From the NCBI GenBank assembly GCA_047967505.1, contig CM106538.1: a DNA stretch of 64,000 bases; one strand, 5' to 3'. Both the position numbers and the translations under genes were made by a program. The notes under the pieces were generated by a model, which had not been told where the DNA came from, made no database searches, and saw nothing but the letters and a program-made list of their open reading frames with translations. Each line of letters begins with the position of its first letter. The first letter of the stretch is position 1. Source of the DNA: Dipteris shenzhenensis (Eukaryota). Shown here piece by piece: positions 25,345 to 36,964 of this stretch.

Positions 25345-26022
25345 TTTTGGGATCAACTATACTATGTGTTTTATAAGCTCCTATTTTATAATGGTCTTAT
25401 AGGGCAATAGCCATCTCCCCTTGTCTGATCCTTCAACATCAACCTTTTCAAATCTCCTTCATTTTACAACGATAGGGTTATCTTCCTTGAATTCATTTGA
25501 GCTGACAGATTTCTTCTCCTTTGCACCATAGTATGGGCATGTGCAATGAATGCATTGAATGTGGTGCCTGCCATAATCTCCTTTGGAACAATGCTTTCAC
25601 TGGCTCCCACAGAGAACTTAGAGTGTCAAACTCGCATGCCCTTGCAACCCATGATGAGGTTTCAACCAGCTCATATGTAGGACATTCATGTAGGAGACAT
25701 GTGCATCTATCGTCATGAACCAATGCTCTAGTATGACCAAATCTCAAGTCATTCAAAGCTTGCCAAGCTATGTCAAAATCTATGTGTGTTTTGTAGCAAC
25801 ACATGCTCCTATCTTTGAGTCTCATGACATGCACGGTGGCAACAATGCTCAAAGCTTCACCACTCAATCCTTATGTTAGGGTTCTCACCTTTTAACCTCA
25901 GGTACATCTCCATCTACTAATCCAACAAATTGTAGAGAGTTCATTAAAACCCTATAAAACAAATGCAACTACCATTGTAGTGCTTGCAACTAGCAAAAAA
26001 ACCACCCTTCTGGCAAAATAAT

Positions 26023-26024
<2 letters not shown>

Positions 26025-26076
<52 letters not shown>
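26025..26076. repeat. (CT)n microsatellite
   Basis: Direct reading. Confidence 0.97.
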
Positions 26077-26397
26077 ATTTACTATTTATAAAAACAAAAT
26101 TTACTATCAATAGCATGTACTATTCCAAGAAACAAAAGCCCTTGAGATATGAAGATAGAATTACTAATACTATTTCTAGTGGTAAGGGTATGATACCATC
26201 AGTAACAAGCATACTGCTACTGATAGTAGCTCTATTACTACCAAATAGTAGAGTGAGACTATTATGAACAATAGTCCCACCTATAGAAAGAGACCATCCA
26301 ATTGGGAAAAATCAACAAAACATTAATTGGTTGAAGGGAAACATTAATTGGTTGAAGGGAATGTGGTATGCACTTATAAGCATCATCTCTTCATTCT

Positions 26398-26825
26398 CCT
26401 TCATTAGATATGCTTGCAAGAAACTTTATAAAAATACTATTATAAGGAAATTTGTTTTACTTGAACCAAAGCCCATGACATGGGCTAGAATGCAGCCACC
26501 AATTTAGTCCCTAGAACGTTTTAAGAAAATAAATTTACCTTGAATCTTTGTTGATCCATCTTCTCCATATACCATGTGTGCAAACTGAGGCCTTAAAAAC
26601 TTGACTACTAAACGTTTGATTGCCCTTGTTTAGTACTTCCTTTATAAAATCCCATGCACTTTGGGAAAAACATCACTTGTTATTATTTCTCTTGCAATTA
26701 TGTCCCTTCATCAAATATGATTGCAAGAAACTTTGCAAAAATACTATTATGAGGAAAGCTTTACTTGAACCAAACCCCATGTCGTGGGCTTGAATGCAAA
26801 CACCAGGTTTAACCCCTAGAATGTT
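26398..26825. repeat. Direct repeat of about 120 bp spaced about 308 bp apart
   Basis: gcaagaaacttt..aaaaatactattat.aggaaa...tacttgaaccaaa.cccatg...tgggct.gaatgca at about 26398 and 26706. Confidence 0.8.
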
Positions 26826-27685
26826 AAATATAAAAAGGTACACCGAATCAAAAGGAAAAAATAAAAGTAGATGTTCTTTTGTTTTTCCTTTTTGATACTT
26901 TTATATTTTTTAGAATTATATAGACATACAAGTGAAAAAAAATTAAACGACATCTTTCCAAAACCACGTGAAGTATTATAGAGGAAGAATTACATGGAGA
27001 ATATACATCACCAAAGTGAGTATGTTTTTGCTACTCTTGTCATAGTGTGCCTCCTACTTAAAGATCTTGTCTCCATAATTATATCTTTTCAAAGGCAAAT
27101 TTGGTAAAAATTACCTCTTTGGAAATCTTATACCTCCTATAATCTCTAAAGCATTCATTGGCTTGTAGTTGGTTGATGACCCCTATCCCAACATGCTAGA
27201 TATTGGAGTAGTTGACCACTTTTACAACCACAATTAATACTCTCTCTCTCATCCTCACTCATGATTCAATTTTGGTCCACCTTATCACACCATGCTAAGT
27301 GTAGAAGCTTGGACTACAATATTCTTGTCTAATAAAGAGCGCTCCCCACTCTTACATGCTTTCTACAGGGAAAAAATGGGCAAGAAACATGATAGATATT
27401 TCCACTAGTAAATGCTAAAATATCGTTGGTATTTATCATAATACCAATAGTATATACACTATTACCACTAGTACCACACAGCAGCCCATTGATAATGTAT
27501 CAATTACCATTGGTATCATGGCTACTATTGTTGGTATTAGGGCTATTAGCACTTGTATATTTAGCCCATTCACCAATTATTTGATGTTATTTTTACACTA
27601 ATTTGGACCAAAAATGACAAACGGGAATGACACATTATTGCATAAATGAAAACATCAACAAATTTCTGGATTGAAAGAGTCTATA

Positions 27686-27853
27686 GTGTTTCATCACCCC
27701 TAGCAATCAAAAAGACATGTCTTGGAGCTAGTAGAAAAGCTAATGGCAATCAACAAAGCAAATCACTCTGTGACAGTGTTTTCATCGCTGCCCCTAGAAA
27801 TCAAAAAGACCTATCCTAGAGCTAGTAGAAAAGCTAATGGAAATCAACAAAGC
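27686..27853. repeat. Tandem duplication of about 90 bp
   Basis: cccctag.aatcaaaaagac...gagctagtagaaaagctaatgg.aatcaacaaagca occurs twice. Confidence 0.85.
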
Positions 27854-28468
27854 AGTCCATGCCCTCTTACAAGGGATGCTTCAAGCCCTTAAAGGTGGAT
27901 TCTTTGCCACTCCCTTCTCTATAATAAGACTTTCTTCTTGCCCTTCTAGTCCCAAAAAAATTCTTGGTTCTCCATAACTTCCTACCTGCAAAGAAAGAGC
28001 AAAGAAAATAGTCTCTAGAAAGATATAAATGGTGCATAAGGAGGTGCCTATCTAGCAAAGAGAGTTGTAGGGCCATCAAACGATCCATGATAATTTTACA
28101 CTGAGGGCCATCAGCTTCTACTTTGAGGTAACTGCATTTTCATATCACCACTACAATAGATTCAATGGAATTGTTGAAAATGCATCCTTTAGTGTGTTTC
28201 CTACCTAGATCTCATCCCCCTATTGCATTCCTTGAAACTTAGGTGAGAAAAGTCTTGTCAACCACAAATGTGTGCTTTTTAAAGAAAAGATACTATGCTT
28301 TTCTCTTTGAGAAAGTAGAAAATATGTGCTTTCTAAGGAAAATATACTGTGCTTTTCTCTTTGAGAAAGTGGAAATGGTAGCCAACGTCTTCCATTAGGA
28401 ACTTTGGACCATAAGGAATTAGCCCCTCTACTTAGAGAGATCATCTATTGTCTACCCCAAATTATACT

Positions 28469-30010
28469 TGAACAAATATTAAGATGGAGAGGAGAAGAGT
28501 GGAGATGAGGAGAAAGGGATTAGCTAGAGAGCACATCACAAATAGCTGACTATACACTAGATTACTTAAAAATAATGAATATGTAAACCCCTTTAGGGTA
28601 AGGGTTAGGGTTAGGGTTAGGGTTAGGGTTTCCAACCCTTGTGCCTTTTTAGAACTCTATGTGTTAGTGCACATACAATAACACATGATGTTGAGATGAA
28701 TCCTCAACGCCTTCCCTCAAGATCAACATCATGAAGTAGGCCTTCCATGAAGATGATGATTATGGGGAATGGAAGCAATATTGAACATTACATTCCATCA
28801 CACCTCTTTAATGGGAATGTCCTTGCTCTGAGTCAATCCAAGAGCTTGTCGATGTTTCCTGAAAATCTCTTTCCCAAGTGGTTAGGTAAAGATATCTACA
28901 ACATTCTCTTTGGTGTCACAATGTTGCTATGTGATGTCACCCAGTAACATTCTTTGTTTGATGAAGTGCTCAGTGACATCAATGTGCTTTGTCGTGGAGT
29001 CATATACTGGATTCTTGGCTAATACTTGAGCTGATTGATTATCACAATATATTGTTGTTGGCTTTGACTCATCAAAGTAATCTATTTGTGCCAATAGTCT
29101 ACTGAGCCATATGGCCTCACATGCACCTATTCTGAGTGCCTTATATTTTTCTTCTATTAAAGGCAAAGAAGTAGTTGGCTTCTTGTTTGTTGACAACCAT
29201 GATATAGCATCTTGACCAAGGAAATATGCATATCCTTATGTGGATATCCTAATCTCATGATACTCTGCATAGTCACTATCACAATATCCATGAATCCTTG
29301 GATGATTTTCCAAACTGTCTTGTACCTTTGCTGTATCTCAAGACTCTCTTGGCTACATTCTAGTGAGACTATATTTTGGATTTGCCATAAAGTATGCTAG
29401 TGAGCATACTGCATAACAAATACCTAGCCTTGAGACATTCAGATATATGAGAGATCCGAGGAGTTGCTGATAGTACTTGTCATTGATTGTAGGATTTTTT
29501 GGATCTTTTGTAAGTTTTAAACTCTGCTCCATGAGAGAGGCCGCAATCTTGCAATCTACCATATGAAACTTCCTTAGGAGACTGTACCCACATATTTGTG
29601 TTGGCTCATGAAGGTGTTGTTTGAGTCTCTCTAGAACTGCACAAGTCCAAGATATTTCAAATTGAACTCCACAAATAAGTCTTGTTTAAGCTTCTTGATG
29701 AAGCTCTCACTACTTCTTGTCGCAATCGAATCATCTACATACAAAAGGGTGATAGTATTATCTTCTTGATGAAGCTCTCACTGCTTCTTGTCACAAATCA
29801 AATCATCTACATACAAAAAAGTGATAGTATTATCTTCCCCTTGAAATTTATAGTGGAGAGTATGATCTGCATTGGACTTTTTGTATCCTAGATTAGCAAA
29901 ATAGTTATCATTTTTGCTATACCAACTTTTTAGTGCTTGCTTTTCAAGCCATAGAGACTTTTCTAGAAATACCTCTTGCTCGAGAGGTGCTTCTCCCAAA
30001 ATTTGCTCTT
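28469..30010 (-). mobile_element. 3' part of a Ty1/Copia element: RT, RNase H, PPT, 3' LTR (28469-28709)
   Basis: LKSWYSK, FLYVDDL, YQQLLGSLIYL (RT); IYCDNQSAQVLAKNPVYDSTTKHIDV (RNase H); PPT ccttccctcaag 28710-28721; LTR is the reverse complement of the family at 55955-56184. Confidence 0.85.
28592..28630 (+). repeat. (TTAGGG)n-like tract inside LTR
   Basis: tttagggtaagggttagggttagggttagggttagggttt. Confidence 0.9.
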
Positions 30011-30149
30011 TTTTATTTTCCAAAGCAATATGCTTTGCGAACTTTCCATAGAAAATGAAGTTTTGGAATACCAAGTGGATTTCTTAGTTCCAAATTGAAA
30101 TTTCCATATCTCTTATGCCATATAGCAAAAAGTGGCATCGATTGATGTC

Positions 30150-30800
30150 AAGCTGACATGGCATCCAAGTCTAGTATTGAAGCTAAGTTAGACATTATGA
30201 AAGAGATTGCCACGAGAAGCAGTATGACCAAGGAGGTCAATCTAGCAATAATAGAGGGAATTTTTATAGAAGATGAAATCACCATGGTGGACATCAACAT
30301 CACAATTATCAAGCCAATGAACCACACACAATGTATCTTGCAAGTGAAGATATGCAAAATACTGACATAGTGTATCTTGACATTGATTGTGATTCCAAGG
30401 GGAATGCAATTATCAAGTTGACCATGTAGATCAAGATCCTTGGTACGTTGATAGTGGTGCATCATCTCACATGACAAAGCATCAAGAATGGTTTACAGAG
30501 ATGAAACCATTAGAAGGACTAAAGAATGTTATCTACACTATAGATAACACACCAAATCTAGTTCAAGGGAAAGGCACAGTCCCTATGAACAATCTCACTA
30601 GTATGAAAGGATTGGTGAAAGATGTACTTTGTGTTCCAGATCTAAGTAAGAACCTCTTCATAGTTGGAGAAACAATGGAACACAACTATCGAGAGTCATC
30701 TTAAATGGAGATGAATGCATAATCAGAGACAAATCCAGCGGAAATCAGATAGTGGGAAAAGCTATTAAGGAAGGATGCTTGTTCAGAAAGCTTATGATAG
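30150..30800 (+). pseudogene. Copia gag C-terminus and protease fragment
   Basis: WYVDSGASSHMTKHQEWF...VQGKGTV...VKDVLCVPDLSKNLF. Confidence 0.8.
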
Positions 30801-31150
30801 TAGCTACACTAAATTTTTGACACATTGGTGGATGCATTCCCTCCTCCTTGAAATCTCCCTCAATTGGAATAATTTCCTTTTGGATGCTAATGTTGATGCT
30901 GTTGTGGATGTTGATTTTGATGTTGATAAACACTTCTTGGAGATGCTCTACATCTGCTTTTACCTTTGTCTGAGGCTATGAATGCTTGATCATTGGAATG
31001 CCCTTTTTCATGCTTGAATAGATTGATTCCACATCTTCTTGGAAGTGAAGATTATGGAAAGGAGAATGTAGTGTAATCTCCCTCTCCCCCCCATAATAAA
31101 TGAAGTGTTTTCATGAGCATTATGTGGGTTGTCCTCTCTCCTCTTATGCA

Positions 31151-31171
31151 TTGACATTGTGGTATTAGAGC
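31151..31171 (+). promoter_or_regulatory. LTR end plus tRNA-Met PBS of a further decayed element
   Basis: ...ttgaca ttg tggtattagagc (11/12 to tggtatcagagc). Confidence 0.6.
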
Positions 31172-32797
31172 AACTGGGAAGCATCTGCTATAGGAAATAA
31201 GTAGCAAGTTTAGGACTACGCTCCTATAATTGCAGATGGAGTTCGGGTGTCCAGCATAGTCGAGGCTTTGGGTCAGCGAAAGCAACAATTGTGGAAGATG
31301 TGCTTTAGGTAGCTACTGCAATATTGAGAGAACAGCTAACCATAGTTGTTAGATGGGTGCCATCAACGAAGGGAAAGTTGTGGGCTGAAAGTCTACACAC
31401 GGGAAAGTTCAAAAGGGGTTCGATGGAAAGAAACTAGCCTCCACAGCTGGAAGATATGGAAGACGAGAAGAGGAGAAAAGAGGAATTGAAAAGCAAGCTT
31501 GAGGGTCTGTGCAAGGTGATGAAGGATGTTCTGGGTAACAAAGTGTAGAAGAAACATAGTGAAGGCTTCATCAATTTTATGCATTCATAGATATGCAAAG
31601 TTCACACATTCATAGATTTGCAAAGTTCACACATTCATACTAGCTTGCTTTGCCTAGGAGACACAGAGTTCCAAACATAGATGAGCACTATACTCTTTGC
31701 AAGTTTTGTAGCCTTTTCTTTTCTAGCTATTGGATTTGCCAGATATGACTTTGTCCACCACTGCATAAAACTATGAGCCTAGGTGTTCCACAATATATGC
31801 TAAAGTGATCTTGGATATGGGCTATTGACAACAGTAGCTATCTTTAAAAGGGATCACGCTTTTCCTTATTAACGTTAACCTATTTTCTTAATGGTAAAGT
31901 ATCTTAGGTGACCTTCTAGCCATTTTTGAGGATCAAATACAAGTCTCTTTCAAAGGTTGTGGTGATTCAACAAATGATGAACCACAAAGACTAGATTTAA
32001 GCATATGACCATGAAGATGCATGCCTTTACAAACACTGTACGAAGCTCATTCAAAAGAACAAGGGCTAGTGTGCATTGTTTGTGACTTTCCCTTACATAT
32101 TGGCATAGTACGCGTGGGTAGCACGGTGGAAGAGTTTGCCTTTAGGGTAGAATTTTCTTGCAGGAATTCGCTCAAAAAATCAGAGAATTACATCTTCAAG
32201 TAAGAATAAGCATGATACCAGAAGCATGAATGCCCAGTTGGTGAGGCATGGATGCATTTGAGCACTTGAAATAAGGTTGTGCCTATAAATTTTGAATTGG
32301 AGGATGCAGATAAGGGTGTGTGCCCAAAATTGGATGCTTGTGATGCCCAAAAGCATGGGCTAACTTTTAGTTTGGCAAATCATTGCAAGAGGAAGCATTT
32401 AGTGGCCCATTGATGCCAAAATACACACAAAGTGCATTGGTACATGCTTCAATTGATGCCCAAAAGTGCACTGTTTAGTGCCCAAATTTGATGCTCTTGA
32501 ATGCTTGAAAATAAAGCAAGTGTAAGCTCTTGAAAAGAAGGTGAATTCTCAGATTTTGATACCATTTATCTCACTTGAAGTGAATGTGGTCAGGAAAATT
32601 AAAAAAGCACCATTGATTTGAGGTTTGCTAAGTTGCATTTGGAAGCAAGAATTGTCAATCAAACATGGCTGAGACCTCACAAGTAACAAAAATAGTGGGT
32701 GAAATATTGGCCAAGGATATTTAGAGTGTGTGGTCTTATCGAATAAATGATTTTCTCATGGGAAAAGGTGTTTGGGGATTGATTACAGGCAAAGATG

Positions 32798-35440
32798 TGT
32801 TGGTAAGCTGAAAGGAAAGCAAAGAGTGGACACAAACTCAGAATACTTGCATTATGGAATGAAGAAGAGTGAGGTCCTTAAGTAGGCACCTCATACATGC
32901 TCATTGACATCACTGATGACTTCAGAGCTCCACAATCATCTCCTCAATCTACTCCTAGATTCTCTCAATCATCCTATGTGGCTCTCCACCACCTAACTGT
33001 GCTTGTGGGCACCTAACTGTGCCTCTAGCACTCACACATAGAAACCAAGGTGTGCCTGAGGCATACACCTTGAGATATCCCATCAAACCCCCCCTCAAGG
33101 GAATGCCTCAGGCTATGTCAAGGATACATCTAGTCTCATAGTTTCTCATGCCATCTCATGGTGGTCAAGGATAAATCTATGGCTAGGTTCTCATGCTAGC
33201 AAGGGTTCCCATGGGTGTAAGGTAAACAAAAAGGGATACAAAAAGACCTTCCAATGGTTATCTCCCCTGCATGTACATGCACACAATGTCTGCAGGAGGT
33301 ACCATGGAGCAAAACATACACATGGCCTACATCATAAGGTGACCAGAGGTGTTTACAAAACACACAAAACACAATAATTTATTTCATTCATTTTGAAGGA
33401 CTATCCAGGCTGAGTACCTTGACATAAAAAGAGAGATCTGGAGCATACATAGAGATGATTTAAAATGCATAATCTTCAAAGGATGCCTCATCTTGTGGAG
33501 GCTCATCAACTGAAAGTAGATTTGCATTTTCAGTCTTTGCTTTGGCTCTGCAAAACTTCTCATGATGGTTGTTCTTGCCATAGTGTTTGCATGGGTTAAT
33601 TTTGAAGCAATCCTTTGAAAGGTGATTTGTCTTTCCACAGTGATTGCAAGGGGTATACTTGCCCTTCTGGACTTTTATAGCATAAACAGTGTCATTGCCT
33701 TTCCTGAGCTCCATATGCCTTTCTTTTTCTTGGAGAGCAGAGATAATACCTTCAAGATTAGGATTAGGAAGATTCTTCAAAGTGGTAACTATGTGATCAT
33801 AATCTTCAGGCATACTCTTAAGTAACACTGCCATAGCATCATCTGGAGTAATAGGAGAGTTGATAGAAGTTAATTGAGTCATAAGACTCCGCATATAGTT
33901 GACATGAGCTGCCAAAGTAGTGCCACTAACCATCTTCAATTCAAAGAAAGAGATTTTAAGTGATAATTTAGAGATGTGAGAGCTAGCACCAAAAATCATG
34001 TCAAGCTTCTGCCAAGCTTTTGAAGGGGACTCTAAGTCAGAGATGTGGTGAATATAATCATCTCCTAAAGCAAGAGCAATGATACCATATGCTTTCTCCT
34101 CTCTAGCGGGATCCCTTGCCGGGCGTGTCGGAGTTGAGGATTCTCCAGCATTGGAGGCTGTAGAAGAAGCAGTTGGAGTTGGTTTGACAAGTCCCCAGAG
34201 GTTCTCCCTCATCAATGCAAATTTCACCTTCATCTGCCATGTGTGGAAGCCCTTTCCATTGAACTTCTCTAGATTCAATAGGGTAGCCATGAGAGGGTCT
34301 AACCTAGATATTGGGCAGTGTCTTTCTCTCTTACAAGGCAAAAAATAACTGAAAGGCTTCCAAAATATAAGCACTTGATGTAGCAAAGACTAGTATATTC
34401 AATCAATGATGCTTCTTCTTACATGCTTCATAGAGGTGGCTAAAATGAATACTTTCCAATCAAAACCAGGTCTAGCAATTCAAAGAAAAACTGAAGCCAC
34501 ACTTGTACTGATGCTATTAAAAACTTCAAAAACTCAGAAGTGCTAGAGTAGCATTTTATGTAGCATCATCTTCAAAAACTTGTCAAAACTGTCAAAACCA
34601 AAGGACTAAACTTAGAGGGCTTATAGCTCACTCTTCAAAGCAAGGAAAAGAGGGCTTCATGAAGCAAAAGAAAGCTCATATACCAGAGAGGATCTAGCAC
34701 AGAGGTTGGACGAAATGGTGCGCGCTATTGCCCGGGGGAGTTGCTGCAGGCTGAACCTGAGTTTTGACAATTTCTCCTTTGTTACTAAACCAAATGAGCT
34801 GAAAAATGACTCAAAATCTTCGTCTTGAGGTCGCCCATCTACTCCTAAGAGGGCTCAAGCAATGGCGCAGCAGGCAGGGAGTATTGAGCAATAGAAGAAT
34901 GGCAAAAAAATGCACTGTTTGAAGAATGGCAGCCAACAGAGATGTTTTTTTTTCAATTGCTTGCAGGTGAAAGTTTGCCCATACTAGAGGAGTTTACAGC
35001 TCAGAGGGTTTGGGCAATGGTCATTTGTAGGCAGAGAACCAAGCTCTCAAAGATTTTGGGAAGAAGGAGGAAAATGGGGAAGAAGAAGATGAAGAAGAAG
35101 AAGATGATGTGGCAGAAATGGGCTCAAGGGGGATCAAAGGGCTCTGATACCATGTTGGTAAGCTGAAAGGAAAGCAAAGAGTGGACACTAACTCAGAATA
35201 CTTGCATTATGGAATGAAGAAGAGTGAGGTCCTTAAGTAGGCACCTCATACATGCTCACTGACATCACTGATGACTTCAGAGCTCCACAATCATCTCCTC
35301 AATCTGCTCCTAGATTCTCTCAATCATCCTATGTGGCTCTCCACCACCTAACTATGCTTGTGGGCACCTAAATATGCCTCTAGCACTCACACATAGAAAC
35401 CAAGGTGTGCCTAAGGCATACACCTTGAGATATCCCATCA
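32798..35440 (-). mobile_element. Complete gag-only LTR retrotransposon (TR-GAG-like), 2643 bp
   Basis: LTRs 32798-33085 and 35153-35440 (288 bp, TG...CA, about 7 mismatches by eye); TSD AGATG at 32793-32797 and 35441-35445; PBS-Met 35141-35152; PPT from 33086. Confidence 0.95.
33460..34290 (-). CDS. gag: Copia-type Gag, 276 aa, intact
   Basis: EKFNGKGFHTWQMKVKFALMRENLW; DAMAVLLKSMPEDYDHIVTTL; knuckles CNHCGKTNHLSKDC and CKHYGKNNHHEKFC; no pol downstream. Confidence 0.88.
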   Translation of the reverse strand: MATLLNLEKFNGKGFHTWQMKVKFALMRENLWGLVKPTPTASSTASNAGESSTPTRPARDPAREEKAYGIIALALGDDYIHHISDLESPSKAWQKLDMIFGASSHISKLSLKISFFELKMVSGTTLAAHVNYMRSLMTQLTSINSPITPDDAMAVLLKSMPEDYDHIVTTLKNLPNPNLEGIISALQEKERHMELRKGNDTVYAIKVQKGKYTPCNHCGKTNHLSKDCFKINPCKHYGKNNHHEKFCRAKAKTENANLLSVDEPPQDEASFEDYAF

Positions 35441-36964
35441 AGATGAATGCCCAGAGTTGCCATGGGATGAACCAAACGGATAAGCCAAAATTGGAGTACA
35501 AAACATGGGTGGAAAAATCAAGAAAAGTATTGCATTGGATATCTCAATGCATTTCCAATACACTCATCCCTCAAATCAAGAAGGTTAGTACACCTAAAGA
35601 ATCTTGGGATATCATTCACAAATTATATGGTGCAAGCATGGAGGCAAGGAAAATTCAGCTCAATCAATGGCTCCATAGAATGTGGAGGGGAAATAGAAGC
35701 ATCATGGACTATGTGGCTAAGATAAGGCAAATTACAAAAGACTTAGCCTCTATAAATTGCAATGTGTTCAATTTTGTGTCTATCACCTTGAATGGTTTAG
35801 GGGAAAAAGAAGCATCATGGACTATGTGGCTGAGATAAGGCAAATTACAAAAGACTTAGCCTCTATAAATTGCAATGTTGAAAATGACAATTTTGTGTCT
35901 ATCACCTTGAATCGTTTAGGCCCTCAATAGAAATCATTGGACACTTCTATTTCCGTGCAAGGGACTATGCCTGATTTTTTGCATTATGCATGACGGAAGA
36001 GGTAAAGCTTGGGCTCAAAACCTCCACAAGTAGTGGAGGAGATAATTTGTTTTATCATTGGGGTGGTAGAGGTGATTTTAGAGGGCAATGAAGAGGCCGT
36101 GGCCATATGCCTATCAAAACACTATGGACAGAAATGAGTTTTCTCAAAGAGGACTTGTTTTATGCCAAGGAAGGAGGAATATGCTTGCATGGTTATACTG
36201 ATGCAAATTGGGCTAGCAGCATTGATAGCAGAAGGTCAACTAGTGGGTATGCATTCTCTCTTGGGAGTTGTGTGATTGGTTGGAGCTGCAAGAAACAACC
36301 CACCATTGCTTTGTCTAGTATAAAAGATGGGTATAGAAGGCTACCCTAGCGGCATGTGAAGAAACTTCGCTGAGATTGCTCCTTCATAAGTTGGGTGTAT
36401 GCATTGATGGTCCAGTAGTGATCTATTATGACAACATAAGTACTAGCACGCTGGCCTAGGAATCCCATTTACCATGCAAGGACAAAACATATAGAGGTCC
36501 ACCATCACTACATCAGGGAGAAAGTAATAAGCGACAAAATAGACTTGAGATATGTGAGGACAAATGCCCAGATTTCCGATCTCTTTACCAAGTGTTTGGG
36601 TAAAGCAAAGTTTTTTCTCTTTAGATTTGCTTTGGGTCTATGTGATGTACAAGCTCATGCTGAGCTTGAGGGGGAGAATGGTTGATGTATAGATGTTGTA
36701 TGCATGCATGTAGAGAGAGTATGTAGTTGATGAGGTGGCTTTTCTCTCTCTCATGGACAAACAAGTAGGCATGGTTTGAGTGTGCTACTCACACAAAAAC
36801 AACTTCTAGCTGCAAGTATGGTTTCTTCAGACGAGTCCATGAGGATGTTGTAGTGGAGACTTTAGCCATTGCACAAGCAAGAAAACATACAAAATTAGAA
36901 AAGAGATCAAAGGTGCAAAAAGAGAAAAGAAGCACAAAGGAGGTCATAGAAATCCAAAACACTG

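Larger units (their letters stand above)
32665..36677 (+). mobile_element. Decayed, internally deleted Copia (gag joined to RNase H) interrupted by the gag-only element
   Basis: MAETSQVTKIVGE...FLMGKGVWGLITGKD resumes after 35445 (WISQCISNTLIPQI...PKESWDII); GYTDANWA...RRSTSGYAF...WSCKKQPTIALS; HARTKHIEV; PPT gagcttgagggggag about 36662-36676. Confidence 0.8.

Noticed and set aside
28592-28630. Interstitial telomere or chromosome-fusion scar
   Set aside because: It lies at a fixed position inside an LTR family with shorter tracts in sibling copies
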